A program made the translations under genes and the position numbers. Below are positions 12,434-23,150 of a stretch of DNA of 64,000 bases, in pieces. Every line of letters starts with the position of its first letter. Positions within the stretch are counted from its first letter, which is position 1. Under the pieces are notes generated by a model, which worked only from the letters and a program-made list of their open reading frames with translations, did no database searches and was not told the DNA's origin. The DNA is from Acidobacteriota bacterium (GTDB taxonomy: Bacteria; Acidobacteriota; Vicinamibacteria; Marinacidobacterales; Marinacidobacteraceae): contig JAJDVI010000094.1 of the NCBI GenBank assembly GCA_022826195.1, positions 70,714 through 134,713 on the forward strand, read 5' to 3'.

Positions 12434-13734
12434 GCCGGGACGCCGGCCGGCTGGGCGCCGAGTTCGCGGGCGGCGAGATCCGCCGGCGTCTCCGCGGCCC
12501 GGGCGAGGACCGCGGCCCCGTCCCGGATCACGACCTCCGCGGGCCGCGGACGCAGGTTGACGTTCGACGCCATCGAGTACCCGTAGGCGCCGGCGTCGAG
12601 GACGGCGAGCAGATCTCCCGCCTCGGGAGGCGGAAGGGCGCGGTCGCGCGCGAACGCGTCCCCGGACTCGCACACTCCGCCCACCACGTCGAAGATCCGC
12701 TCCGGCCCCGGGCGCGGTTCCACCGGCGCCACCCGGTGCCAGGCGCCGTAGAGCGCCGGCCGCAGGAAGTCGTTCATGCCCCCGTCCACCACGCAGAACT
12801 CCCTGGTCCCCGTCCGCTTGGTGTGGAGAACCCGGACCACGAGGGCGCCCGCGGGCCCGAAGAGCGCGCGTCCCGGCTCGAAGACCACCGTCGGGTCGGC
12901 CTCCGGACACGCGCCGTCGAGAACCTCCCGGAGCGTTCCGAGGACCCGGGCGGCGTAGACGGGCATCGGCGTCTCTTCCTCGCCGTCCCGCTGCGGGATG
13001 CCGAGCCCGCCCCCGACGTCCACGACCCGCACCGGGAGGCCCGCGGCGCGGAGCCCGGCGAAGACGGTTCCCAGCCGCTCGGCGCTCCGCGCCAGCGTGG
13101 CGAGTTCCCGGATCTGGGACCCGACGTGCGCGTGCACCCCGAGAACCTCCACACCCCGCCAATCCCGGCTCCGGGAGGCGAGCGCAAGGAGATCCGGTTC
13201 CGCCATCCCGAACTTGGCGGTGCGGGAGCCGGTGGCGATCTTCGGATGCGTCGCCGCATCCACCTCGGGATTGAGGCGCAGGAGGGCGCGGGCCCGGCGG
13301 CCGCGGCGAAGCGCTAGGCGGTTCAGCAGTTCCAGCTCCCCTTGGGATTCGACCGAAACGAAGCGCACCCCGAGGTCCAGCGCCGTCTCCAGGTCCACCG
13401 GGGTCTTGCCGACCCCCGACATCACCATGCGGTCTCCGGGGAACCCGAGGCCGTCGGCGACCAGGAGTTCGGCCGCCGACACCGCCTCCACGCCCGCCCC
13501 CAGGTCCCGCAGCGGGGTCAACAGGGCCGGCAGCGCGTTCGCCTTGAGCGCCACCGCGACCAGGTGCCCGGTGCCCGCGAGCGCCTCCTGGAGCGCGGCG
13601 AAGCGCTCCACGACCGCCCGGGAGCTGTACACGTAGGTCGGGGTCCCGGCTCCCGCTTCGGCGAGCGCCGCATCCAGGCACACGCCTTCGGCGGCGAGGC
13701 GGCCACCCGGCCCGGAACGGAAAACGGAGTGCAA
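12430..13734 (-). CDS. lysA: Diaminopimelate decarboxylase
   Basis: Orn/DAP/Arg decarboxylase fold with an alanine-racemase-like N-terminus (ALKAN, GVHAHVGSQ, EPGRAL, CESGD). Confidence 0.9.
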   Translation of the reverse strand: MHSVFRSGPGGRLAAEGVCLDAALAEAGAGTPTYVYSSRAVVERFAALQEALAGTGHLVAVALKANALPALLTPLRDLGAGVEAVSAAELLVADGLGFPGDRMVMSGVGKTPVDLETALDLGVRFVSVESQGELELLNRLALRRGRRARALLRLNPEVDAATHPKIATGSRTAKFGMAEPDLLALASRSRDWRGVEVLGVHAHVGSQIRELATLARSAERLGTVFAGLRAAGLPVRVVDVGGGLGIPQRDGEEETPMPVYAARVLGTLREVLDGACPEADPTVVFEPGRALFGPAGALVVRVLHTKRTGTREFCVVDGGMNDFLRPALYGAWHRVAPVEPRPGPERIFDVVGGVCESGDAFARDRALPPPEAGDLLAVLDAGAYGYSMASNVNLRPRPAEVVIRDGAAVLARAAETPADLAARELGAQPAGVPA

Positions 13735-13877
13735 GGTTCTGCGACGGCCAATCCAGGCGACCGCTCCGGGGAGATTCCCGGCTCGGGAGGCGGCGGAGGC
13801 GCCTTCGCCGAGGGCCGCAGGGGGGCCCGGAATGTATCATCGAGAGTTCTTTCCTGACATCCAGAGGACTCCCCGCC

Positions 13878-15074
13878 ATGACCCGACGTTCCCGATCGCT
13901 TCCCGCCTGCTGGTTGCTTCTTCTCGCCCTCGGCTGCGGCGGTGGCGCCGGCGAGGCGCCCGAAGAACCCGCCGCCACGGGCGACCTCGGACTTCCCTTC
14001 TCGGAGTATCGGGAGAGCGGCGACCTGGTGTACCTGGCGGGAGCCCTCGGCAACGTGCCCGGGACCCTCGATCTGGTGCCGGGCGGCATCGAGGCGCAGG
14101 TGCGTCAGACCATGGACAACCTGGGCGCCGCCCTGGAGAACGCCGGGCTCGACTTCTCGCGGGTCGCAGCGGTGAACGTCTACCTCTCCGACATCCGGCA
14201 CTTCCAGGCGATGAACGCCGTCTATCGCGAGTACTTCGCGGAGGACCCGCCGACGAGGGCCACCGTCGAAGCGGGCATCGCGATTCCCGGGGCGCTCGTC
14301 GAGATCTCGATGGTGGCGGTGAAGGCGGGCGTCGAGCGCGAGGTGATCAATCCCGAGGCGCTGACGAGTCCCGAACTTCCCTATTCCTGGGGCATCAAGG
14401 CGGGCGACACGCTGTTCGTCGCCGGCGCCACCGCCCGCGATCCGGACACCTTCCAGCCGGTCGCCGGGGGGGTCACCGAACAGATGCAGCGCATCATGGG
14501 GAACATCGGACTGGTCCTCGAGGCGGGCGGCATGGACTACGCGAACGTCGCGAACTGCCGGGTCTTCCTGGATGACCCGCGCACCTTCGGCGAAATGAAC
14601 GCTGCTTACCGGGAGTTCTTCCCCGAGGACCCGCCGACGCGGGCGACCGTGGAGGCCCGGCTGGCGAACCCCCTGTTCACCGCCGAGGTCCAGTGCGTCG
14701 CCAGTAGCGCCGAGCGCAGCGTGCTCGCTCCGGACGGTCCCCGCTCGGGAAGCCCGCTGTCGCCGGGGATCTGGGCCGGCGACCGGCTCTATCTCTCGGG
14801 CATGGTCGCGCCCGGCCCGGATCGCAGCGAGGACCCCGGCGACCAGACGCGCGCCGTGCTCGGGCGGCTGAGCGCCGCCCTCGAGGCCGGCGGGCTGAGC
14901 TTTGCGGACGTGGACGACGCGATGGTCTACCTCGAGGACATGCGGGACTACGCCGCGATGAACGAGGTGTACCGGGAGGTCGTGGGAGCTCCGTTCCCGC
15001 CCCGCGCCACGGTGGAGACCCAGATGATCGGGGCCGGCATCAAGGTCGAGATCATGATGACCGCGACCCGCTGA
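13878..15074 (+). CDS. Lipoprotein with three tandem RidA/YjgF (Rid-family) domains
   Basis: Signal peptide plus lipobox (LLLALGCGG). Three ~125-aa repeats each end in an ...YREYF..DPPTRATVE... motif. Confidence 0.8.
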   Translation: MTRRSRSLPACWLLLLALGCGGGAGEAPEEPAATGDLGLPFSEYRESGDLVYLAGALGNVPGTLDLVPGGIEAQVRQTMDNLGAALENAGLDFSRVAAVNVYLSDIRHFQAMNAVYREYFAEDPPTRATVEAGIAIPGALVEISMVAVKAGVEREVINPEALTSPELPYSWGIKAGDTLFVAGATARDPDTFQPVAGGVTEQMQRIMGNIGLVLEAGGMDYANVANCRVFLDDPRTFGEMNAAYREFFPEDPPTRATVEARLANPLFTAEVQCVASSAERSVLAPDGPRSGSPLSPGIWAGDRLYLSGMVAPGPDRSEDPGDQTRAVLGRLSAALEAGGLSFADVDDAMVYLEDMRDYAAMNEVYREVVGAPFPPRATVETQMIGAGIKVEIMMTATR

Positions 15075-15095
15075 CCGGCGGGAAGCCGCGTACCG

Positions 15096-15115
15096 GCCTG
15101 GAACGCCGGCTCTGG
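15096..15115 (+). repeat. Partial REP-like repeat (GGCCTGGAACGCCGGCTCTGG)
   Basis: Matches the first ~17 nt of the REP consensus; overlaps the modC stop. Confidence 0.4.
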
Positions 15116-15117
15116 CG

Positions 15118-16218
15118 CTACGCGTCGTCGAAGGAGACCGTCTTCAGCAGCGCGAACACCTCGCGGCCGGCTTCGAGTCCCAGTTCCGAAGCGGCGTCCC
15201 GGGTGATCCGCGCAACGAGCCGCTGATCCGCGAACCCCACGGCCACTTCCGCGAAAGGGGTCTCCGGCAGGTCGCGGACCTCGATGACGCTGCCGCGCAG
15301 CACGTTCCGGATGCTGATCGCGGTCGGCGCCTCGGTGGCGAGCGCCACGTCGCGGGCCCGCACCCGGAGACGCGCCTCGGTTCCGGCCGGACGCCCGGCG
15401 CCCGGGACCCGGAGGCGTTGCCCGCCGAGGTCGAGCTCCGAGAGCCCGAGCGCCGGAAGCCCGGCCCGGACGGTAGCGGTGAGCACGCTGCCGGCCTCGA
15501 ACCGCGAGAGCAGCTCGCCAGCCGGCAGGCGATCGAGCGCCTCGGCGGCCGCGGCGGCGCCGGTGACCGAGCCATTCGCGATCGGTGCGATCCGATGCGC
15601 GACGTCCACCACCTCCCCGAGGTCGTGGCTCACGTAGAGGGTCACCTTGCCGGACGCCTCTCCCAGCGCGCGCAGCCAGGGCAGGATCGCCGCGCGGGCC
15701 GTACGGTGGAGGCCCGAGAGGGGCTCGTCCAGCAGGAGGGCGGCGGGGCGCGCGAGCAGCGCCCGCGCCAGTGAAACACGCTGGCGCTCGCCACCCGAAA
15801 GTCCCCGCGGCACGCGTTCGAGGTGCTGACCGAGCTCCAGACGTTCCACGACCTCGACGAAGGAGACGGGAGGATCGCCTTCCGGCTCGCCGCTGCGCCG
15901 CTCGGCGTAGCGGAGGTTGCCCTCGACAGAGAGATGATCGAACAGGGCCGGCTCCTGGAAGGCGAACCCGATGCGCCGGCGATACGCGGGCAGGAAGACG
16001 CCGCGGCGGTCGTCCTGCCAGGTGGCCGGCCCGAGGGCGAGCCGTCCGGAAAGGCGCGTGAGTCCGGCGACCGCGCGGAGGACGGTCGTCTTGCCGCTGC
16101 CGGAGGGCCCGAAGACCGCGGTCGTTTCCCCGGGCCGGGCCTCGAAGGCGGCCTCGATCCGCAGTTTTCCGACCGCCCCCCGAAGCCCCACTTCGAGCGC
16201 GGCGCCCGAGCCGCTCAC
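15118..16218 (-). CDS. modC: Molybdate ABC transporter ATP-binding protein with C-terminal TOBE/Mop domain
   Basis: Walker A (GPSGSGKTT), the ABC signature (LSGGERQRV) and a TOBE tail are present. The GTG start overlaps the modB stop as GTGA. Confidence 0.85.
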   Translation of the reverse strand: MSGSGAALEVGLRGAVGKLRIEAAFEARPGETTAVFGPSGSGKTTVLRAVAGLTRLSGRLALGPATWQDDRRGVFLPAYRRRIGFAFQEPALFDHLSVEGNLRYAERRSGEPEGDPPVSFVEVVERLELGQHLERVPRGLSGGERQRVSLARALLARPAALLLDEPLSGLHRTARAAILPWLRALGEASGKVTLYVSHDLGEVVDVAHRIAPIANGSVTGAAAAAEALDRLPAGELLSRFEAGSVLTATVRAGLPALGLSELDLGGQRLRVPGAGRPAGTEARLRVRARDVALATEAPTAISIRNVLRGSVIEVRDLPETPFAEVAVGFADQRLVARITRDAASELGLEAGREVFALLKTVSFDDA

Positions 16219-16895
16219 CGGTCCCGGCCTCCCATCTTCTTCTGGAGGCTGAGGGTCAGCGCCACCACCACGAAGGAGAACGCCAGCAGGCTCCCGGAGA
16301 GCAGGTGCGCCGTGCCCCACTCCATGAGTTCCACGTGGTCGTAGATGGCGATCGACAGCACCCGGGTGGCGCCCGGGATGTTGCCGCCGATCATCAGGAT
16401 GACCCCGAACTCCCCGACCGTGTGCGCGAAACCGAGCACCGCGCCGGCGATCAGCCCGGGCCGGGCGAGCGGCACGGCGACGCTCCAGAAGGCGTCCCAG
16501 GGCGAGGCCCGCAGCGTGGCGGCCGCCTCCAGGGGACGGTCGCCGACGGCTTCGAAGGCGCTGCGGATGGGCTGCACCGTGAAGGGCAGCGAATAGATGA
16601 TCGATCCGATCACGAGGCCCGGGAAGGAGAACGCGAGGGACCGCCCGCCGAACAGCCGGGCGACGAAGCCCCCGGGCCCGTCGGGCCCCAGGGCGATCAG
16701 CAGGTAGAACCCCAGGACGGTGGGCGGGAGGACGAGGGGAAGCGCGACCAGCGCCGCCACCGCCTCCTTGAAGCGGAAGCGGGTCCTGGCGAGCCACCAG
16801 GCGATCGGGGTCCCGAGGAGCAGCAGGAAGACCGTCGTCACCCCCGCCAGCTCGAGCGTGAGCCGGATGGGCGGCCAGATGGTCTCGGCGTTCAC
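16215..16895 (-). CDS. modB: Molybdate ABC transporter permease
   Basis: CysTW/ModB-type permease (EAA-loop region ...[19 protein letters not shown]...); GTG start overlaps the modA stop. Confidence 0.85.
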   Translation of the reverse strand: MNAETIWPPIRLTLELAGVTTVFLLLLGTPIAWWLARTRFRFKEAVAALVALPLVLPPTVLGFYLLIALGPDGPGGFVARLFGGRSLAFSFPGLVIGSIIYSLPFTVQPIRSAFEAVGDRPLEAAATLRASPWDAFWSVAVPLARPGLIAGAVLGFAHTVGEFGVILMIGGNIPGATRVLSIAIYDHVELMEWGTAHLLSGSLLAFSFVVVALTLSLQKKMGGRDR

Positions 16896-17663
16896 GGTTC
16901 GCGGCGTCCGCCGGGCGCCGGTTGCTCGGTGCGGTAGCCGTGCCGGCGAAGGATCTCCCGGGCCGCTCCCGATCCGAGGAATTCGAGGAAGCGGGCGGCG
17001 GCCGGGTTGTCGCGGCCGGCCTCGAGCAGAACCGCCTGCTGCCGGATGGGAGCGTGGAGGCGCTCCGGGACGAGCCAACGGGACCCGTCCGTGCTCCGGA
17101 CCACCTGGGAGAGGGCGAGGAATCCCAGTTCGGCGTTGCCGGTGCGCACGAACTGGTGCGCCTGGGACACGTTCTGGCCGATGACCTGACGATCCCGCAC
17201 GATGTCTTCGACCCCGAGCGCCCGGGCCGCCTCGAGCGCCGCCCGGCCGTAGGGGGCGAGCGCGGGATTCGCGAGCGCGATGCGCCGGAGGCCGGGATCC
17301 CGGAGGGCGTCGGACCCGGTGACCCGCCCCGTTTCCGCGCTGAAGAGGACGAGCCTCCCCACCGCGTAGGTCCGGCGGCTGCCCGGGACGGCGAGCCCTT
17401 CGCGCTCCGCGAGTTCCGGGCGCGCCTCGTCGGCGGCGAGGAACACCTCGAAGGGAGCGCCCTGGAGGATCTGGGCGTAGAGCTGGCCGGTGGAGCCGAA
17501 GCTGAGGAGCGCGGCGTCTCCGGTGGCGTCCTCGAACGCGGCGGCGATCTCGCGAGCAGCCGCGGTGAAGTTCGCGGCGACCGCCGCTCTGACGGTATTT
17601 CCCCCAGGTGGTGTCCCGGCGAACGCGGCTCCGGCGAGCAGGATCGCGCACAGCACTGCCATG
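16892..17663 (-). CDS. modA: Molybdate ABC transporter periplasmic substrate-binding protein
   Basis: Signal peptide ([16 protein letters not shown]) followed by a ModA-like fold. The ORF-table 679-aa call is an upstream frame run-on. Confidence 0.8.
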
Positions 17664-17683
17664 AGGATTGGTGGGGTTGCGCC

Positions 17684-17736
17684 GTGCGCGGTGCGGAGCC
17701 CCGCGCGTGCCGGTCTGGAGACCGGCGTTCCAAGCC
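17684..17736 (-). repeat. REP-like palindromic repeat copy
   Basis: GTGCGCGGTGCGGAGCCCCGCGCGTGCCGGTCTGGAGACCGGCGTTCCAAGCC, between modA and the CRTAC1 gene. Confidence 0.75.
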
Positions 17737-17751
17737 GCTCTGTCATCCGGA

Positions 17752-19419
17752 TCAGGAGCCGCCGCAGCCCGGGGGTTCCACCACCAGCAGATAACGGCCG
17801 GGCGCGGCCTCGATCTCCTGCTCGCATCCCGAGAGCCAGCGGACCCGGACCCCGAACGGTCCGTCGCGATCCCCCAGGCCGAAGAAGACCCGGGGATCGC
17901 TGGACGCCAGGTAACTGCCCGCGGCCCGGGCTTCCCGAACCTGGGTGAGTGCTCCTCCGGTCAGTTCCAGGCGGGCGCCGACGCCGTCGCGCGGGCTGCG
18001 GCGGCCCACCAGGCGGAACCCCGCCCAGGCGGCGGTGGTGTCGGTGTCGTTGCGGAAGAGCGCCGGCGGCCCGTTCATGACGGTCGCGAGCAGGTCGGTG
18101 TCGCCGTCGTCGTCGTAATCGGCGAAGGCAGCGCCGCGATACACCCGGGGAACCTCGAGCGCGGTCGGCGGCACCTCGTCGAAGGCGCCGTCCGTCCGGT
18201 TCCGGAAGACGAGGCCCCGCTGGGCGTAGTCGCTCTCGGTGATCCCGCCCTCGACCTCCGGATAGACGTGCCCGTTCAGGACCACCAGATCCAGCCAGCC
18301 GTCCCGGTCGAGGTCGCGGAAGCCGGTTCCCCAGCCGAGGTAGGGATAGCTCGGTTCGGCCACGCCGGCGGCGAACGATTCGTCGAGGAACCAGCCCCCT
18401 CCCACCGCCCGGTAGATGGTGTTGTAGTCCTGCGAGAAGTTGGTGACCACGATGTCCAGCAGTCCGTCGTTGTCGTAGTCGCCGAGGTCCACCCCCATGC
18501 CCGCCTGCGCGCGGCCGTCCTCGTTGTAGGCGACCCCCGCGGAAAGGCCCACGTCGGTGAAGTCGAATCCTCGGGCCCCGGTGTCGTTCCGGTAGAGGTT
18601 GTTGGGGGTCTGGTCGTTCGCCACGTACACGTCGAGGTCCCCGTCGTCGTCGAGATCGCCGAGCACGACCCCGAGACCGAAGTACCGCTCGGCGCCGATG
18701 GCCTGTCCCTCCACCCGCGCGAAGCGGCCGTCGGAAAGTCCCCGGTAGAGGAGCGCCGGCGCCGGGGTCAGGCCGTTCGGGCCGCACATCACCGGCAGCC
18801 CCCGGAAGAGGCAGTACGGCTCCTCTCCCGGCCGCGGTGTTTCGTCCACCTCGAAGTCCACGTAGTTCACGACCACGAGATCGGAGACGCCGTCCCGGTC
18901 CAGGTCGCCGAACGCGGCCCCGGTTCCCCACTGCGGATCGTCCAGCCCCACCGCCGCGCCGGCCTCCTCGAACGTCCCGTCGCCCCGGTTCCGGTAGAAG
19001 AGGTTCTTCCCGTAGCGCGTCACCAGCAGGTCGAGGTCGCCGTCGTTCTCGTGGTCCACGACGAAGGCCCCCTGCCCCCAGCCGTAGGACTCGAGTCCGG
19101 CCGGACCCGTCACCTCCCGGAAGCGCCCGCCGCCCTCGTTCCGGAACAGCGCGTTCGAGAGGCTCCGGCTCGCGTCGTACCCGAGACGGGACCCGTTGAC
19201 GAGGAACAGGTCCAGGTCCGCGTCGCCGTCGTAGTCGAAGAACGCCGCGCCGCTACCCGTCGTCTCGAGGATGAAGTCCTTGCTGCGGACGCCGCCGTAC
19301 ATGTTGATGAAGCGGAGGCCCGACGCCTCCGCGACTTCGGTGAAACGGATTTCCGGCTGCGCGGACGCGGCCGCCGCCAGCGCGAGGAGGGCCCCGGCCA
19401 TGGCGCTGACGGCCTTCAT
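17752..19419 (-). CDS. CRTAC1-family protein (FG-GAP/VCBS repeats plus ASPIC/UnbV domain), paralog 2
   Basis: Signal peptide [21 protein letters not shown], repeated DxDGDGxxD FG-GAP motifs and a C-terminal UnbV_ASPIC-like region. The ATG overlaps the upstream stop as ATGA. Confidence 0.8.
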   Translation of the reverse strand: MKAVSAMAGALLALAAAASAQPEIRFTEVAEASGLRFINMYGGVRSKDFILETTGSGAAFFDYDGDADLDLFLVNGSRLGYDASRSLSNALFRNEGGGRFREVTGPAGLESYGWGQGAFVVDHENDGDLDLLVTRYGKNLFYRNRGDGTFEEAGAAVGLDDPQWGTGAAFGDLDRDGVSDLVVVNYVDFEVDETPRPGEEPYCLFRGLPVMCGPNGLTPAPALLYRGLSDGRFARVEGQAIGAERYFGLGVVLGDLDDDGDLDVYVANDQTPNNLYRNDTGARGFDFTDVGLSAGVAYNEDGRAQAGMGVDLGDYDNDGLLDIVVTNFSQDYNTIYRAVGGGWFLDESFAAGVAEPSYPYLGWGTGFRDLDRDGWLDLVVLNGHVYPEVEGGITESDYAQRGLVFRNRTDGAFDEVPPTALEVPRVYRGAAFADYDDDGDTDLLATVMNGPPALFRNDTDTTAAWAGFRLVGRRSPRDGVGARLELTGGALTQVREARAAGSYLASSDPRVFFGLGDRDGPFGVRVRWLSGCEQEIEAAPGRYLLVVEPPGCGGS

Positions 19420-21107
19420 CGCACCTCTCCGGCCCCGATCCCGATGCTCGCGACGCGTCCGGCGCCCTCCTTCAGGACGTGGACCGCGCCCGCCGGCAGG
19501 GATCCGACGGCCTCTTCCTTGCCCGACGGCCAGCGAACGCTGACCTGATCCGCGCCCTCCGCCGCGCCGAGACCGAACCACAGCACCGGATCGTGCTGGG
19601 AGAGGTAGCTCGCCCCCGCCCGCCGCTCCTCCTGCTGGACGACCGGGCCGCCTTCGAGCCGCACGCGCGCGCCGATTCCTTCCCGGTTCCCTGCGGCGCC
19701 GATCAGCAGGAGACCCACCGTGTTGCCGGCCTCGGCCCCGCCCCGGTTCTCGAGGAGTTCCGCCGGGCCGCGATTGTTGGCGAGCACGAGGTCGAGGTCC
19801 CCGTCGAGGTCGTAGTCGAAGCTGGCAAGGCCCCGGCCCACCCGGGGCCGGGCGAAGTCCCCCTCGCTCCGGGGGTGGCGCCGGAGCCGCCCCCGGTCGT
19901 TCCGGAACACCTGGCCGGGCTGGGCGAAGGTGAGGTTCGACTGGATCCTGGCGATGTTGTCCAGGATGTGGCCGTTCGCCACCACCAGGTCGAGCCAGCC
20001 GTCGTTGTCGAAGTCGGCGAGGTCGCAGCCGAAGGCCAGCTCGGTGAGGCTCTCGCTCCCGAGTCCGAACGACGCCGTAGCGTCCAGGAAGAGGCCCCCG
20101 CCGAGGTTCCGGTAGAGCGTGTTGGTCTCGAAATCGAAGTTCGTGACGACGAGGTCCATCAGCCCGTCGCGGTCCACGTCCCCGAAGTCGTTCCCCATGC
20201 CGGCTTCCGGAAGCCCCTCCTCGTTGTACGCGACCCCGGACGCAAGACCTTCGTCGAAGAAGCGGACGCCGTCCGGCCCGGCCACCGTCCGGAACAGGAA
20301 GTTGGGGGTGGTGTCGTTCGCCACGTGGACGTCGGGAGCGCCGTCTTCTCCCACATCGCTGATCACCACGCCGAGCCCCTTCCCGTCTTCCGAGCCGGGC
20401 ACCGTGAACGCCCGGAACGTTCCGTCCCCCAGATTCTCGAAGAAGGAATCGGCCGCGCCCGGGTACTCCTGCGGATGGCAGTAGGCGAGGAGTTCCCGGA
20501 CCGGGCTGACGCAGTCCCGGTGCCGCTCGATCGCGTAGTCGAGATAGTTCGCCGCATAGACGTCGAGGTCTCCGTCGTGGTCGGGATCGAAGAGCGCCGC
20601 GCTCGTGGTCCAGCGGGGATCGGTCGCGCCGGCCGCGTCCGACGCCTCCCGGAACGTGCCGTCGCCCCGGTTCCAGAAGAGCCGCTCCTCCCCGAAGTGC
20701 GTGACCAGCAGGTCCGGGTCGCCGTCGCCGTCGAGGTCGCCCGCGACGGCGCCCATGCCGTAGCGGAGCCGGTCCGGGGGGTCCAGGAGCCCGGCGGCTT
20801 CGGTGCGGTCCCGGAAGGTGCCGTCGCCCCGGTTCCGGAAGAGACGGTTTCCGACCGTCGCGCCGCCCGGGTCGCCCGGCAGCGGATGCCCGTTCACGAA
20901 GAAGAGGTCGGGCCACCCGTCCCCGTCGTAGTCGAACACCACGACGCCCGCTCCGACGATCTCGATCACGTAGCGCCGGCCGCTCCCCCCGTCCTCGTGG
21001 TGGAACCGGATCCCGGCGTCCCCGGTCCGGTCCACGAAGACGAAGTCCTCGCCCGCCGCCGGCGCCGCGGCGAGCAGCGCGGCGAACACCAGGCGGAGGC
21101 GCGCCAT
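19416..21107 (-). CDS. CRTAC1-family protein (FG-GAP/VCBS plus ASPIC/UnbV), paralog 1
   Basis: Signal peptide and the same repeat architecture as paralog 2. Confidence 0.8.
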   Translation of the reverse strand: MARLRLVFAALLAAAPAAGEDFVFVDRTGDAGIRFHHEDGGSGRRYVIEIVGAGVVVFDYDGDGWPDLFFVNGHPLPGDPGGATVGNRLFRNRGDGTFRDRTEAAGLLDPPDRLRYGMGAVAGDLDGDGDPDLLVTHFGEERLFWNRGDGTFREASDAAGATDPRWTTSAALFDPDHDGDLDVYAANYLDYAIERHRDCVSPVRELLAYCHPQEYPGAADSFFENLGDGTFRAFTVPGSEDGKGLGVVISDVGEDGAPDVHVANDTTPNFLFRTVAGPDGVRFFDEGLASGVAYNEEGLPEAGMGNDFGDVDRDGLMDLVVTNFDFETNTLYRNLGGGLFLDATASFGLGSESLTELAFGCDLADFDNDGWLDLVVANGHILDNIARIQSNLTFAQPGQVFRNDRGRLRRHPRSEGDFARPRVGRGLASFDYDLDGDLDLVLANNRGPAELLENRGGAEAGNTVGLLLIGAAGNREGIGARVRLEGGPVVQQEERRAGASYLSQHDPVLWFGLGAAEGADQVSVRWPSGKEEAVGSLPAGAVHVLKEGAGRVASIGIGAGEVR

Positions 21108-22039
21108 CAGCGCGGGCGCGCCTTCGAGCGGGTGCGGGAAAGCGAACGCCCCGGATCGTCGCCCGCGGCGGCGGCCTCGGCGAAGCGGCGCCGGACGGCC
21201 GCTGCCTCCTCGGTGCGTCCCAGCAACGACAGGGCCGCGGCGAGGTTGTAGAGCGCCTGGCGGTGGCCGGGGTCCGCCGCCAGCGCAGCCTCGAAGGAGG
21301 CGACGGCGGCTTCCGGGCGGCCCTCCTCGAGTTCGAGCCTCCCGAGCCCGACAAGCGCCGCGGGCAATCCGGGCGCCTCGGCGAGCGCCGCCCGGTATGC
21401 CTCCCGGGCCTCCTCGGGACGCCCCAACTGGGAGAGCGTGCGCCCGAGCGCCACCTGGGCCTCGAAGTTCCGGGGATCGAGGATCACGGCCTTCCCGAAG
21501 GCTTCCGACGCCGGCTCCAGCGCCCCGAGGGCGGCTTCCGCCAACCCGAGATAGAAGGGGGCCTGCGCGTTGTTCGGCGCCACCTCGCGGGCCCGGCGCA
21601 GGACCGCGCGCGCGGAAATGCCATCGAGCCTCGTGTAGTGGGCGTATCCGAGCTGGATAAGGATGGGAGCGGCCCGCGGAAAGTGCTTCGCGCCCGCTTC
21701 GAGAACCCGCACCGCCGCTTCGGCCTCTCCGCTCCGCAAGAGCGCCGTCCCGAGCGAGAGCGCCAGCGCGGGATTCGGCGCCTCGGCGAGCGCCTCGGCG
21801 CGGCGGAGCGACGCGGCCGCCTCTTCAGGCCGGTCGTCCTGGAGCAGGGCCACCCCGAGGTAGTAGTGGGACCGCGAGTCCGGAACCGCGTCCACGAGCC
21901 GGCGGAACGACTGCACCGCCGCCCGGGCGTTCCCGGCGTCGAGCCAGCGCTGGCCGCTATGGAGCAGCGCCTCCGGATCCTGGGCCCCGAAGCCCGGCGC
22001 CGCCAGGAGCAGCAGCGCGGCGGTCAGCGAACGGATCAC
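21107..22039 (-). CDS. TPR-repeat protein with signal peptide
   Basis: Multiple TPR-like A/L/E-rich repeats; its stop overlaps the CRTAC1 start. Confidence 0.75.
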   Translation of the reverse strand: MIRSLTAALLLLAAPGFGAQDPEALLHSGQRWLDAGNARAAVQSFRRLVDAVPDSRSHYYLGVALLQDDRPEEAAASLRRAEALAEAPNPALALSLGTALLRSGEAEAAVRVLEAGAKHFPRAAPILIQLGYAHYTRLDGISARAVLRRAREVAPNNAQAPFYLGLAEAALGALEPASEAFGKAVILDPRNFEAQVALGRTLSQLGRPEEAREAYRAALAEAPGLPAALVGLGRLELEEGRPEAAVASFEAALAADPGHRQALYNLAAALSLLGRTEEAAAVRRRFAEAAAAGDDPGRSLSRTRSKARPR

Positions 22040-22079
22040 GCGGACGGTCCGGTCAGAGGTTGCCGCTCGGGAGCCGATC

Positions 22080-23117
22080 TCAGGATCCCCCCGGGAAGAG
22101 CGCCGCCAGGAACTCGTCGTCGAGCCCCGGATGCCGGGTCCAGCGCAGCGTGGACTCGAGTTGGCCGCGGAAGAGTTCGTTCATTCCCTCGGCCTTTCGA
22201 AGGGCCTCGAGGGCGCGGTCCCGGTTCCCGAGCGAGTAGCTCAGCAGGCCGAGGTTCATCCAGGTGTCGGAAGCGTCGGGCCAGAGTTTGGTGGCCCGCT
22301 CCGCCGCCGCGAGCGCGCCGGCGCCGTCGCCGGCCTGGTTCCGCTCCCGGCTGCGGGACATCGCGGTGATCGCGAGATTGATGTTCAGCACCCGCCCGAG
22401 TTCCTCGATCGGCCGGGGATGGTCCTCGACCTGGAGCCGCGCCACCACGTCGTTGTTGATGTTCCGGCCCATCCCCTTGCCGACCACCAGCATCGCGGAC
22501 GACTGGCGGCCGCGGGCGTCTCCGCCGGCCTCCTGCCCCGCGACCATCGCCGCCTGCATCTTCTCGGCGAGGGTTCCCCCGGCGGCTTCGAAGGCGTCCC
22601 CCATCGCCTCCACGACCTCGGGCCCGGTCAGGATGTTCCCCTGGGCCGAATAGTGCTCACCCACCCGGTGTCCGGCCCAGACCGTGGCGGTCGGCCCGGT
22701 GTGGGCCGCGATCCCGCCGTTCGCGTCCACCACCGCGAACTGCCGTCCCTCGAGGCCGGGGAAGGTGTCTTCGGCGAGCAGCCGGTCCTTCACCTCCTCG
22801 GCGCTCAGCCCCTGCCGCAGCAGGTCGAGTCCCTGCAGGCCGTAGCCGGCGTTCACGTTGGCCTGGGTGGCGACCACGCCGACTCCGGCCTCGCCCCACG
22901 GCACTACGTGTCCCACCGAGAAGTACCGGGACTGGACCGCGACCCCCATCTCCCCGGTGTCGGGGTCATAGGCGACGATGGAGAAGGTCGCGACCGGCGG
23001 ATGGGTGGCCTGGGCCAGCGCCGGCGCCGCGCCCACCACGAGGATGAAAAGAGTGGTGATGAGGATTCGTCTCGCGCGCACGGTGCAGTTCCTCCCGCGT
23101 CTTGACAGCGGGTTCAT
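22080..23117 (-). CDS. DUF1028-family (Ntn-hydrolase-like) secreted protein with C-terminal TPR-like tail
   Basis: N-terminal motif ATFSIVAYDPDTGEMGVAVQSRYFSVG is typical of DUF1028; signal peptide present. Confidence 0.6.
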   Translation of the reverse strand: MNPLSRRGRNCTVRARRILITTLFILVVGAAPALAQATHPPVATFSIVAYDPDTGEMGVAVQSRYFSVGHVVPWGEAGVGVVATQANVNAGYGLQGLDLLRQGLSAEEVKDRLLAEDTFPGLEGRQFAVVDANGGIAAHTGPTATVWAGHRVGEHYSAQGNILTGPEVVEAMGDAFEAAGGTLAEKMQAAMVAGQEAGGDARGRQSSAMLVVGKGMGRNINNDVVARLQVEDHPRPIEELGRVLNINLAITAMSRSRERNQAGDGAGALAAAERATKLWPDASDTWMNLGLLSYSLGNRDRALEALRKAEGMNELFRGQLESTLRWTRHPGLDDEFLAALFPGGS

Positions 23118-23150
23118 GGTACGCGCCTCCAGCGGGCTTCGGCGAACCGA

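Noticed and set aside
15118-17733. Single 871-aa minus-strand ORF spanning the mod region
   Set aside because: Only the C-terminal 366 aa is ModC. The upstream part is an out-of-frame run-through across modB and modA, each of which has its own frame, start and 4-nt overlap.
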